The translations under genes were made by a program, and so were the position numbers. 42,163 nucleotides of DNA from an uncultured Elusimicrobiales bacterium (GTDB taxonomy: Bacteria > Elusimicrobiota > Elusimicrobia > Elusimicrobiales > Elusimicrobiaceae), in contig CALUZE010000001.1 of the NCBI GenBank assembly GCA_944325235.1, forward strand, positions 1 to 42,163, written 5' to 3'. The stretch's first letter is position 1. Every line of letters begins with the position of its first letter. This document shows positions 1 to 9,239 of the stretch, piece by piece. Below the pieces are notes generated by a model. The model made no database searches and was not told where the DNA came from. It worked only from the letters and a program-made list of their open reading frames with translations.

Positions 1-1861
1 CCAAGACCGGGATTTTAACAATACGGTCCTGGCGTTGGAAAGCGCGTATACGTCCTATTGGTTCGTACCCAAGAACCTGTCGCTGCTGGCCTACTTCCAC
101 GCGGACCCGGCCGTGCGCGAAGCGGCCGCCCGGCTGGAAACGAAAGGCAGCCAAACCAAGGCCGCCGTGTTTGCCCGCAAGGATATTTACCGGGCTTTAA
201 AGGAATACGCGGACACCAACCCGCGCCTGGCCCACGAGGACGCGCGCCTGATGGCCAAATGGCTGGAGCGCTACGAGCGCGCGGGGATGGCCCTTTCCGA
301 TAAAGAAGCCGCCGAATACGCCCGCTTAAATACCGAACGCTTAAATAAAATCACGCAGTTTAACGTCAATTTGAACAATTATCAGGACGAACTGCACGTC
401 ACGCGTGAAGAACTGGACGGCCTGGGGGACACCTACATCAACCGCCTGGGCCGCACGGACGACGGGAAATACATCGTCACGCTTAAATACCCGGACTACA
501 ACCCGTTTATGGCGTCTTCCAAGAGCGAAAAAGCCCGCAAAGTCCTGCAGGAAAAATTCGCCCGCCGCGGCGGGAAGGAAAACGTTGCCCTGCTGGAGGA
601 CACGTTGGAATTGCGCCGCCGGCAAGCCGCCCTGCTCGGATACAAACAATACCCCGATTATGTGCTGCCGGTGCGGATGGCCAAAAACTATAAAACGCTG
701 GAAAAATTTTTAAAAGGGCTGCAAAAGGAAGTCACCCCGCTGGCGCAAAAAGAATTAAAAGAATACTTAAAATTCAAGGAAGAAACCACCGGCCAAAAAG
801 CCGACGAAATGCCCGCCTGGGAACTGCCGTATTGGGAAAACGAATACAAAAAGAAATACTACCAAGTGGACAACGATAAAATCAAAGAATATTTTCAGGC
901 GGACCGCGTGATTGCCGGAATGTTTGATATTTTTGGTAACTTATTTGGCGTGACGTTTGAAAAAGCGGATTTGCCCACCTGGCACCCGGACGTGCTGGTG
1001 TACCAAATCAAGGATAAAAAAAGCGGGGAGCTGATTTCCAATTTTTACTTGGATATGTTCCCGCGCGACGGCAAATACACCCACGCGGCCACGTGGAGCT
1101 TTGTGGACCGGTTCCAACTGCCGGACGGTTCGTATCAGACGCCTTCGGTGGTGATTGCGGCCAACTTTACGCCCGCGGGCAACGGCGTGCCGGCGCTGAT
1201 GGAACACAGCGAGGTGGAAACGCTGTTCCACGAATTCGGGCACGTGCTGCAAATGTCTATGGCTACGTCCAAATACGCTACGCTGACGGGCGACAATGTG
1301 GCCTGGGACTATATTGAAACCCATTCCCAACTGTTGGAAAACTGGGCCTGGCAGCCGCAGGTGATTAAGCAAATTTCCGCGCATTACAAAACGGGCGAAC
1401 CGCTGCCGGACGAGATGATTGACGCGTTGGTCAAATCCAAAAAAGCCGGCGCGGCCACGGCGTTTATCCGCCAGAACTTTTTGGGACAGTTTGACGTAGC
1501 CGCCCACGCCGCCGATAAACGCGTGGACACCACGAAACTCTACGCCAAAATGATGAAGGACATCACCGGCATTCCGATGACGCCGGGAACCTACCCGCAG
1601 GCGAGCTTTGGGCACATTATGTCGCTTACGGACCCGTATGACGTGGGGTATTATGTGTATGCCTGGTCGCTGGTGATTGCGCAGGATATCTTCAGCCAAT
1701 TCCAGCAGCAAGGCCTCTTTAATGCCGAGCTGGGCGCGCGCTTGCGCGAATATGTGTACACGCCCGGCACCGTGTACGACGAAAACGAAATGGTGGAAAA
1801 GTTCCTGGGCCGCCCGTATAACGATAAGGCCTTCTTAAAGGACTTGGGCATTTTAGATTAA
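1..1861 (+). CDS. M3 family metallopeptidase (thimet oligopeptidase-like), 5'-truncated by the window edge
   Basis: HEFGH zinc motif in ETLFHEFGH, WDYIETHSQLLENW, FGHI...GYYVYAWS and FLGRP motifs; frame is open back to position 2. Confidence 0.93.
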   Translation, partial: QDRDFNNTVLALESAYTSYWFVPKNLSLLAYFHADPAVREAAARLETKGSQTKAAVFARKDIYRALKEYADTNPRLAHEDARLMAKWLERYERAGMALSDKEAAEYARLNTERLNKITQFNVNLNNYQDELHVTREELDGLGDTYINRLGRTDDGKYIVTLKYPDYNPFMASSKSEKARKVLQEKFARRGGKENVALLEDTLELRRRQAALLGYKQYPDYVLPVRMAKNYKTLEKFLKGLQKEVTPLAQKELKEYLKFKEETTGQKADEMPAWELPYWENEYKKKYYQVDNDKIKEYFQADRVIAGMFDIFGNLFGVTFEKADLPTWHPDVLVYQIKDKKSGELISNFYLDMFPRDGKYTHAATWSFVDRFQLPDGSYQTPSVVIAANFTPAGNGVPALMEHSEVETLFHEFGHVLQMSMATSKYATLTGDNVAWDYIETHSQLLENWAWQPQVIKQISAHYKTGEPLPDEMIDALVKSKKAGAATAFIRQNFLGQFDVAAHAADKRVDTTKLYAKMMKDITGIPMTPGTYPQASFGHIMSLTDPYDVGYYVYAWSLVIAQDIFSQFQQQGLFNAELGARLREYVYTPGTVYDENEMVEKFLGRPYNDKAFLKDLGILD

Positions 1862-1877
1862 CTAAATTCGCAAGCAT

Positions 1878-1912
1878 AAAAAATCCGCGCTCTAAAAAGC
1901 GCGGATTTTTTT
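1878..1912. terminator. Bidirectional intrinsic terminator
   Basis: AAAAAATCCGCGCT-loop-AGCGCGGATTTTTT between convergent genes. Confidence 0.88.
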
Positions 1913-1925
1913 GTGCACTAAAAAG

Positions 1926-2783
1926 CTATTGGGGTATCCAATTTTTTAAAGCTACCCACGACAAAAGCGAAATTCCCACCAACACAAACAACAGCACAAT
2001 CATCCATATTCCGCGGAAGCCCGTGTTTTCGGAAGCGGAAATTTCGGAACGGTTGGAGCATAACGCTTTTATCATTGCTTCGGCGCGCAGTTCGGCCGGG
2101 TCGGCCTTGGTGTTGGGCACCAGCGTGGCCGTGCTGGCAGGGCTGGCCTCATCCAAGCGCACGATGACGTTTTCCAATTCGTGCAGCAGTTGCAGCGCCC
2201 GAAAACGGAACTGCTGGAACTGCGCCAGCGGCATTTGGGCGTTTTCGTGGTAGACGAGGGCGTTGTCGTTTAATTCCAAATAAATGTTGTTGCGCGTTTT
2301 TAAAAGCCCGATGATAAAGGGCGTCAGCACCAGGGCCGAAGCCGGCGTGGGCGCGTGAATGCGGTAGCGGCTGTCTATCTGCGGGATGTTGGTTTTCATC
2401 AGCGCATATTGCGACGGCGCAAACGGGGAAGTAATCGGTGCAATTTTAAGCGCCGGGAATTGGCGTTTTTTCAGCTCCGCGGTAAAAATGGTGAAGTGTA
2501 TGGGTTTGGTTTTGGGGTTGTCGTCCTTATAAATGTTATCGTCGGCCACGCGGATAAAAGCAAAATTATCCGAGCAGGTGCATACGTTTTGGTATTGGTG
2601 GAAATACAGCGTAAAAAATTCCAGCCGTCCGGCCGTTTGTTCGGTGGTGACGGAATCTTTTTCCCGGTCGTAGCGGCAGCCGTTCATCTTGGCCATACGG
2701 GCAATCTGCGCCGAGCGCGTGCGCGCCGTGGCCACCAGTCCGGCCCCGCAGGCCAATATCAGCAAAACGATGATTATGTTCAT
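1926..2783 (-). CDS. Hypothetical membrane protein with N- and C-terminal TM helices
   Basis: 285 aa ORF, hydrophobic at both ends; extended -10 TGcTATGAT 8 nt before the ATG; no family securely recognised. Confidence 0.75.
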   Translation of the reverse strand: MNIIIVLLILACGAGLVATARTRSAQIARMAKMNGCRYDREKDSVTTEQTAGRLEFFTLYFHQYQNVCTCSDNFAFIRVADDNIYKDDNPKTKPIHFTIFTAELKKRQFPALKIAPITSPFAPSQYALMKTNIPQIDSRYRIHAPTPASALVLTPFIIGLLKTRNNIYLELNDNALVYHENAQMPLAQFQQFRFRALQLLHELENVIVRLDEASPASTATLVPNTKADPAELRAEAMIKALCSNRSEISASENTGFRGIWMIVLLFVLVGISLLSWVALKNWIPQ

Positions 2784-2850
2784 ATAACCATATCATAGCA
2801 AAAACAAAAACGGAGTTTGCTATAATTTAGGCATCTTACAAGGGGGGATT

Positions 2851-3255
2851 ATGCATTTACCGAATAAATGGTTGTATGGCAGTGTGGGGCTGTTTCTGCT
2901 GGGTGGATGTGCCCTGTGGCAGGAAGCGCAGGCGCCGATTGTGCCCGTGGGCGGCGTGCAGGTGGAGGGGATAATTTTGGTGGCCCAGCCGCCGGCGGAT
3001 ACCTGCCAGTTTAAGGGGGCCGTGTTGGGCGACACGAACCCGGATGTGTCGGGGCTGCCGGAGTCTATCTTGGATTTAAACGAAACCATCCGGCAGGGGC
3101 TTGTGTCCAGCGCCCGGCAAATGGGCGGCAACACCGTGTGGGTGCGCACGAAAAGCTGGCAAAACCCCGATGTGGATACCGACTATTCCCAGATGTTTTA
3201 TGTAAACAATGTGGAATATGGCGCGTTGGTGTACCAGTGCCCAAGCGAAAATTAA
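2851..3255 (+). CDS. Small lipoprotein, DUF4156-like
   Basis: Lipobox-like LLGGC; C-x-F-x-G, ARQMGGNTV and terminal YQCP motifs; G-rich RBS upstream. Confidence 0.65.
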   Translation: MHLPNKWLYGSVGLFLLGGCALWQEAQAPIVPVGGVQVEGIILVAQPPADTCQFKGAVLGDTNPDVSGLPESILDLNETIRQGLVSSARQMGGNTVWVRTKSWQNPDVDTDYSQMFYVNNVEYGALVYQCPSEN

Positions 3256-3265
3256 AAGTAAAAAT

Positions 3266-3298
3266 AAAAACCCCGCTTCGTTGGGAGCGGGGTTTTTT
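3266..3298. terminator. Bidirectional intrinsic terminator
   Basis: AAAAACCCCGCT...AGCGGGGTTTTT between convergent genes. Confidence 0.85.
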
Positions 3299-3311
3299 GT
3301 GGTCTGTAAAA

Positions 3312-5675
3312 CTATTTGTCTAACTGTTGGGCCGGTTTTTTGCTGGATAAAATCGCCCAGCTCAGTACCGCCAGCAGTACAATGACAATCACCCACCCGA
3401 GTTTGCCCAAGGGGGTAAAGTCGTTGTGGTAGTTTACGATGATAGGCGCCACGATGACGGCCACCATATTGACTACTTTAATCAGCGGGTTCACCGCCGG
3501 GCCGGCCGTATCTTTCAGCGGGTCGCCCACGGTATCGCCCACCACGCTGGCTTTGTGGCGTTCGGACCCTTTGCCGGTGTTGGCGGCAATGTCGGAGGGT
3601 TCGTCTTCCACCACTTTTTTGGCGTTATCCCACGCACCGCCGGCGTTGGACATAAACACCGCCAAGAGCTGCCCGGATACGATAATCCCGGCCAGGAAAC
3701 CGCCCAAGGCTTCCACGCCAAACGCCAGGCCCACTACCACGGGGGACACAATCCCCAACAGGGCCAAAATAACCAGTTCTTTTTGCGCCGCGATGGTGGA
3801 AATGTTCACCGCGCGGGTATAGTCCGGCTTGGCTTTGCCTTCCAGCACGCCGCCTTTAAACTGCCGGCGCACTTCCTGCACAATAAGCGCAGCCGCGCGG
3901 CTGACGGCGTTAATCGCAAACGACGAGAACAGCCACGGCAAGGCGCCGCCAATCAGCATCCCCACAAATACAACGGGGTTGGATACCACAATCCCCACCT
4001 GCGACAGCAAGGTAAGCACTTTGCCTTCTCCGGCGGCGGCCCACGCGTCGTTTAACAGCCGCTGCACGTTGCTCACGTCCACCATATAGGACGCAAACAG
4101 CGACACGGCCGCAATCACGGCAGAACCGATGGCCACCCCTTTGGTGATGGCTTTGGTGGTGTTGCCCACACCGTCCAGGTCGGCCATAATCTGGCGGGCC
4201 TTTTTGGTTTCTTCGTCGTTTTGGCCGTGCCAGGACATTTCGCCAATGCCGTTGGCGTTATCGGCAATCGGGCCGAAAGAGTCCATAGCTACGTTGTTGC
4301 CGGTCAGCGTCAGCATACCGATACCGGTCATCGCCACGCCGTAGAGGATGAAGTTGAACTTTTCCGACGGGGTCAAACCGTCAATCGTGCCGAAAATCAC
4401 CACGGAGCAGAAGATGGACGCCGCAATCACAAGCGTGGTCCACACCGCTGATTCAAACCCGACGGCAATACCGGACAGAATGGTCGTAGCCGAGCCGGTG
4501 GCCGTGGATTTTTTGATTTCCTGCACGGGTTTGTTTTCCGTACCGGTAAAGTATTCGGTCAGGCGGTCAATGATGATCGCCAGCAAAATGCCGATGGTGG
4601 TGGCCGCAAACGGTCTCCACCAGCCGCCGGGCACGTCGGTCATATAGTAGTAGGCCAACACGCCAAAGATGATGACGGAAATGGCCGCGGAAATGCTGTA
4701 CCCTTTAAAAATGGCTTTCATCGCGTTGCCGGCGGTGCGTTTGGAATCTTTCACCGCATAGGTGCCGATGATGGAGCACAGCACGCCGATACCGCGCACC
4801 AAGAGCGGATAGACAATCCATTCGTGGTGGCCGGTAATGCGCCACAGGCCGATACCCAAAATCAAGCCGGATACGATGGTGACTTCGTAAGATTCAAAAA
4901 TGTCGGCTGCCATACCGGCGCAGTCGCCCACGTTGTCGCCCACCAGGTCGGCCACGACGGCCGGGTTGCGCGGGTCGTCTTCCGGGATGCCCGCTTCCAC
5001 TTTGCCCACCAGGTCGGCCCCTACGTCAGCCGCCTTGGTGTAAATGCCGCCGCCCACGCGCATAAAAAGCGCCAACAGCGTGCCGCCGAAGCCAAACCCT
5101 AACAAAGCATCCGGCGCGGCAATGCCAAAAATGATAAAGATGACCGTTCCGCCCAACAGGCCCAGGCCGTCGGTCAGCATACCGGTTACGGTGCCGGCGC
5201 GGTAGGCGATGCGCAAAGCGTCGCCAAAGCTGCGTTTAGAGGCGGCCGCCACGCGCACGTTGGCGTCCACGGCAATACGCATCCCCAACTGTCCCACTAA
5301 CAGCGAGAACACCGCCCCCAAAATAAACGCACCCGCCCGCCCGAAAGCGGCGATGAGTTTGACGGTTTCGGGGCTTAACCCGGCAAAGCGTTCCATAGAG
5401 TCCTGCGACACCGGAACGATGTACACCGATAAAAACAGACAAACCGTTAACAGGCCGATGAGCGGCAGAATGGTTTTCAGCTGTCTTTTGAGATAGGCGT
5501 TTGCGCCTTCCCGGATGGCGCCCCATACTTTTTGCATTTCGGGGGTGCCGGCATCTTCGCGGATGACCTGCTTGCGCAGGAACAACGCATATAAAAGCCC
5601 TAACACTGCAATAAACAATACGCCAAACAGCGCATATTGCTCAAAGGGTCTTAGGGAGGCTATTCCGTACCACAT
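3312..5675 (-). CDS. hppA: Membrane-bound ion-translocating pyrophosphatase, K+-independent type
   Basis: GGGIYTKAADVGADLVGKVE, EDDPRNP, DNVGD, GNTTKA, GAWDNAKK and GDTVGDPLKD motifs; polytopic; AGGAG RBS. Confidence 0.97.
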   Translation of the reverse strand: MWYGIASLRPFEQYALFGVLFIAVLGLLYALFLRKQVIREDAGTPEMQKVWGAIREGANAYLKRQLKTILPLIGLLTVCLFLSVYIVPVSQDSMERFAGLSPETVKLIAAFGRAGAFILGAVFSLLVGQLGMRIAVDANVRVAAASKRSFGDALRIAYRAGTVTGMLTDGLGLLGGTVIFIIFGIAAPDALLGFGFGGTLLALFMRVGGGIYTKAADVGADLVGKVEAGIPEDDPRNPAVVADLVGDNVGDCAGMAADIFESYEVTIVSGLILGIGLWRITGHHEWIVYPLLVRGIGVLCSIIGTYAVKDSKRTAGNAMKAIFKGYSISAAISVIIFGVLAYYYMTDVPGGWWRPFAATTIGILLAIIIDRLTEYFTGTENKPVQEIKKSTATGSATTILSGIAVGFESAVWTTLVIAASIFCSVVIFGTIDGLTPSEKFNFILYGVAMTGIGMLTLTGNNVAMDSFGPIADNANGIGEMSWHGQNDEETKKARQIMADLDGVGNTTKAITKGVAIGSAVIAAVSLFASYMVDVSNVQRLLNDAWAAAGEGKVLTLLSQVGIVVSNPVVFVGMLIGGALPWLFSSFAINAVSRAAALIVQEVRRQFKGGVLEGKAKPDYTRAVNISTIAAQKELVILALLGIVSPVVVGLAFGVEALGGFLAGIIVSGQLLAVFMSNAGGAWDNAKKVVEDEPSDIAANTGKGSERHKASVVGDTVGDPLKDTAGPAVNPLIKVVNMVAVIVAPIIVNYHNDFTPLGKLGWVIVIVLLAVLSWAILSSKKPAQQLDK

Positions 5676-5753
5676 GTGGCAATCTCCTTTATTACAATGG
5701 TAAAACGTCCCCTATATTATAATAAAAATCCGGCGTAAGTTAACTTTTATTCT

Positions 5754-5819
5754 GGGCCTTTTGTCCCCAGGAAAGAGGGTCTTTTGGCCCTGGTTGCTCA
5801 AATGACATTTTTTTATACT
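5754..5819 (+). promoter_or_regulatory. Tandem GGGYCTTTTGKCCC boxes plus -10 element (TATACT)
   Basis: Boxes at 5754-5767 and 5777-5790; -10 at 5814-5819, 7 nt before ATG 5827; same layout recurs at 41990-42032. Confidence 0.6.
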
Positions 5820-5826
5820 TTTATAT

Positions 5827-7044
5827 ATGAAAGGATTAAAACGTTTGTTCATGGGTTTTTTGTTGGTGGCTGTGCTCGGTTCGGCCCTTCCGGCTGCGCC
5901 GTTAACCCCTTTTTTGGCTCAAGTTTCCAAAAGTGTTCGTCGCTCGGCGCTCGTCCGGCAAAACCCGGGCATGAACCGAATGCGCTGGATGCGGTTTTAT
6001 TTCCCGAGCACGACGGTGGCTCAGAAGGACGGCGTGTGGGAAAAACTCTACCACGCGTTTAATTCCAAAGACGAGCAGCGCGCGGTGGCGTTTTATCTGT
6101 ATCAGATGTACATTTCCGCCGCGGCTTACGGACAAATGCCCGGCAGGTATTTGACGATTAACCAGTTGGGCGTATTGGACGGACTGGAAAAGTTGACGAC
6201 TCCGTTTGATGTACGCAATGTACAGGAATTTTACGAAGACCATAAGCCGGAAATCAAAGCCTGGCTGAAACAATTTTTTAACAAAATCGGGCAAACCTCC
6301 TACCGCACCGACGACCCGCGCAACGACGCGACCGAACGGCAATTTTTGCAAATTTTGGCCAACAGTGCAGACGCCCGCGGCCGGGCCTGTTATCTGGTGG
6401 AAACCCCGAAATGGAAATCCGCCCTGCGCAAGCAGGACGCCGCCTGGCTGGCCCAGGTGCTGCGCGGCACCGAACGGGAAATCGGCCGAAAAGTAGCCCT
6501 GTACAAAATGCCGAAAAGCAGTTTAGCCGCGCTTGATAAACGCGTCGGCAGGATGGTGGGTGGGCAGATGTCCTATTTATTCCGCCCCGCCGGGCAGGAG
6601 TGTGCCGCCCGGGCTTATTTAACGGGCAGCGGGCTCTGCCGGCAAATGAAAAGCCAACCCGCCCAGGGACGGCAGATTTCGCGCGTGTATCAGCTGCATT
6701 TAAGCCCCACCGATAACGAATTTTTAAAGCCGGCCCGCGGGAACCGGTTCCGTGCCCCGAACGGAAAAGTATATCCGAATTGGTACTATCACGAGGCTAT
6801 TTTGGTAGTGCTGCAGCACGCCAACCAATACACGCCCGTGGTGTTGGATAAATTTTTGTCCGACAAACCGATTGTGCTGGAAAAATGGCTGACCTATTTT
6901 AACCCGAGAATGACGATTATTTACGCTTCGCCTTTCCAACGCTGGGAGGAAACGGAAAATACCCTGGTTCTCCCGGACAAGACCGGCCCAAAAGGCATTT
7001 TGAAAGACGGCCGGCTGTATCGCCCGTACCCGGTGGGAAAATAA
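5827..7044 (+). CDS. Secreted protein with C-terminal protein-glutaminase-like (Cys-His-Asp) domain
   Basis: Signal peptide; ECAARAY...WYYHEAILV...VLDKFLSDKPI...W resembles protein-glutamine glutaminase motifs. Confidence 0.65.
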   Translation: MKGLKRLFMGFLLVAVLGSALPAAPLTPFLAQVSKSVRRSALVRQNPGMNRMRWMRFYFPSTTVAQKDGVWEKLYHAFNSKDEQRAVAFYLYQMYISAAAYGQMPGRYLTINQLGVLDGLEKLTTPFDVRNVQEFYEDHKPEIKAWLKQFFNKIGQTSYRTDDPRNDATERQFLQILANSADARGRACYLVETPKWKSALRKQDAAWLAQVLRGTEREIGRKVALYKMPKSSLAALDKRVGRMVGGQMSYLFRPAGQECAARAYLTGSGLCRQMKSQPAQGRQISRVYQLHLSPTDNEFLKPARGNRFRAPNGKVYPNWYYHEAILVVLQHANQYTPVVLDKFLSDKPIVLEKWLTYFNPRMTIIYASPFQRWEETENTLVLPDKTGPKGILKDGRLYRPYPVGK

Positions 7045-7046
7045 TT

Positions 7047-8351
7047 TTAAAATTTCCCGCCGAACACAAAACCAATCTGATTGCTCCCGTCCTGCAAGTT
7101 ATGGGTATAGTTGACCCCGAACGGAAACGGAAAGCGCCACAGTTTGTAGGAAAGCGTTGCCCCGGCCCCGCTGTGGGGGCGGTAGCGTCCGCCCGTGTGG
7201 ACGTAGGCAATTTCGTAAAACGGCGCGGCCGACAAAAGGCCCGTTTCGTTGCGGAGCAAATAGTAGATAAATGAAACGGTTCCTCCCGCCCCGCGCGTGC
7301 CGCGCAAGCGGCGGTCGTAGCGGCCGATGCCGCTTAATAAATCGGTGGAAAAAACTTCTTCGCTGAACGGGGAATTAAACGCGTCCTGCGCGCGCAGTTC
7401 CGCCACCAGCATATGGCGGTTTTTCAGTTCCAGCACCCACGTCCCTTCTACCCCCAATTTGGAAATATGATAATCGCTGCCGCTAAAGCGCCCGCCCGCC
7501 GTGTAAAAAAGGTTGGCCACATAGCCTTGGCGGGCGTGCGGCAGGTTTTGCAGGCTTTTTTTCTTGTCCGTCAGCCCGTAGCCAGATAACGCCCCCATAT
7601 TGGCGCCTTTTCTCCGGTCGTCCGTTACGCGCAGGCCGAGGGTGATTTGGTTGTGGTTCCCGCCGTCAAAGCGGTCTTGCCCGTACGTGTAGCGCACATA
7701 TTCCGGGCGGATAAACGCCCGCACCGTGCGCGAAAGACGGCGCATATACGTAAGGGTGAGTTTCTCCTGTCGGGTATGCACCTGGTCCAACAGGCTGGAG
7801 GCGTATTCGTCTTCGTCATCGGTAGTGGAAAACACGCCAAACGTATTGCTCCAGCCGTTTCGGTAGAAGCGTTGGTCCACGCTCAGTTTAGTGTAGTTAA
7901 GCGACCAAAAATCGTTGCCCAGGCTTACGCCCGCCATCGTGCTGATGCCGTCCGAACTGCCGCCCACAAAAAAGAAGGAACTTTCCCCTTGCTTAAACAA
8001 ATTTCCCGCCGCCAGCGAAAGGGCCGCCGCGCTTTTTTTGCCGCCAGCCGCAAACGCCAGCGGAAAAATGTAATAGCCGTCCTGCGCATCAATAAAAATA
8101 TCGGTTTTGCCCTCTTGCGTGCAGGTGGAAAAATCCAGCTTTTTAAATACGCGCAAGTCGTGCAAATCGTCTTGCGCCTGTTCGTAGCGGTCAGGAGTGA
8201 ACACGTCGCCGGGTTTTAATAAAAAACGTTTTTGCAGGGTGGCCGGGCTCATCCGCGTGGCGGTGGCGTGCACCTGGCCGACGGTTTGCGTTTGTGCAGC
8301 GGAACACACGGCCCAGCCGAAACAGCATAGCAGCAAAAGGGCTTTTTTCAT
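7047..8351 (-). CDS. Omp85/BamA-TamA-like outer-membrane beta-barrel with one POTRA-like domain
   Basis: Signal peptide; POTRA-like LKPGDVFT...LHDLRVFK; GNLFKQGE; amphipathic strands; C-terminal Phe. Confidence 0.7.
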   Translation of the reverse strand: MKKALLLLCCFGWAVCSAAQTQTVGQVHATATRMSPATLQKRFLLKPGDVFTPDRYEQAQDDLHDLRVFKKLDFSTCTQEGKTDIFIDAQDGYYIFPLAFAAGGKKSAAALSLAAGNLFKQGESSFFFVGGSSDGISTMAGVSLGNDFWSLNYTKLSVDQRFYRNGWSNTFGVFSTTDDEDEYASSLLDQVHTRQEKLTLTYMRRLSRTVRAFIRPEYVRYTYGQDRFDGGNHNQITLGLRVTDDRRKGANMGALSGYGLTDKKKSLQNLPHARQGYVANLFYTAGGRFSGSDYHISKLGVEGTWVLELKNRHMLVAELRAQDAFNSPFSEEVFSTDLLSGIGRYDRRLRGTRGAGGTVSFIYYLLRNETGLLSAAPFYEIAYVHTGGRYRPHSGAGATLSYKLWRFPFPFGVNYTHNLQDGSNQIGFVFGGKF

Positions 8352-8485
8352 ACCCTAAATTATAACTTTTTGACTGATGCCCCCGACGGGAAGTTTTGCA
8401 TTAGTTGGCGGCGGGCGCGGTTTTGTTATAATATAAAAAACTTTTAGCGGGCGCCGGGCACAGCCCGGGGCCGGACGGAGGGCGT

Positions 8486-8974
8486 ATGGCAAGACGCGAC
8501 AAAACAAATTATTACCTGGACTTGGCGGATGTCGTTTCCCAGCGGGGCACTTGTCTGCGCCGCCGCTACGGCGCCGTGATTGTAAAGAACGACGAAGTGA
8601 TTTCCACCGGCTATGTGGGGGCTCCGCGCGGACGCAAAAATTGCAGCGATTTGGGCTATTGCATCCGCCAGCAGTTAAACATTCCCCGCGGCGAGCGCTA
8701 CGAATTGTGCCGCAGCGTACATGCCGAAGCCAACGCCATCATCAGCGCTCCGCGCGACAAAATGCTGGGCGCCACGCTGTATTTGTCCGGGCGGGAAGTG
8801 TCCACCAACGAGTACATCCAAAATTCCAACAGCTGTTCCATGTGCAAACGGATGATTATCAATGCCGGCATTAAAAACGTCATTGTGCGCGACACGCACG
8901 ACACCTACCGCGAAATTAACGTGCAGGATTGGATTGATAACGACGAATCGCTGATAGGCCAGCGCGGCTATTGA
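8486..8974 (+). CDS. dCMP deaminase (ComEB-like)
   Basis: CLRRRYGAVIV, HAEANAII and CSMC zinc motifs; GGAGG RBS. Confidence 0.9.
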   Translation: MARRDKTNYYLDLADVVSQRGTCLRRRYGAVIVKNDEVISTGYVGAPRGRKNCSDLGYCIRQQLNIPRGERYELCRSVHAEANAIISAPRDKMLGATLYLSGREVSTNEYIQNSNSCSMCKRMIINAGIKNVIVRDTHDTYREINVQDWIDNDESLIGQRGY

Positions 8975-8998
8975 CGGCGGCCCGGCAGAAGCATTTTC

Positions 8999-9031
8999 AA
9001 AACGCCCCGCTTATAAGAGCGGGGCGTTTTT
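8999..9031 (+). terminator. Intrinsic terminator of the deaminase gene
   Basis: AAAACGCCCCGCT...AGCGGGGCGTTTT. Confidence 0.8.
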
Positions 9032-9041
9032 AAAAAAGGGC

Positions 9042-9073
9042 AAAAAAATCCCGCCTTGCGGCGGGTATTTTTT
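9042..9073 (-). terminator. Intrinsic terminator downstream of tRNA-Asp
   Basis: CCCGCC-TTGC-GGCGGG hairpin flanked by A and T runs. Confidence 0.75.
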
Positions 9074-9077
9074 CAAA

Positions 9078-9155
9078 TGGCGGAGTCGACGAGATTCGAA
9101 CTCGCGGTCTCTGCCTTGACAGGGCAGCGTGTTAACCAGGCTACACCACGACTCC
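9078..9155 (-). tRNA. tRNA-Asp(GTC)
   Basis: Reverse complement GGAGTCG...CTGCC-CTGTCAA-GGCAG...TTCGAAT...CGACTCCGCCA folds as a cloverleaf with encoded CCA. Confidence 0.97.
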
Positions 9156-9239
9156 ATTGTTTCTTGCTACAGATATATTTTAGCTTAATTTCTAGCACCG
9201 CGTCAATAAATTTTAAACGGTGCGTTTTGTATAGGGGAA

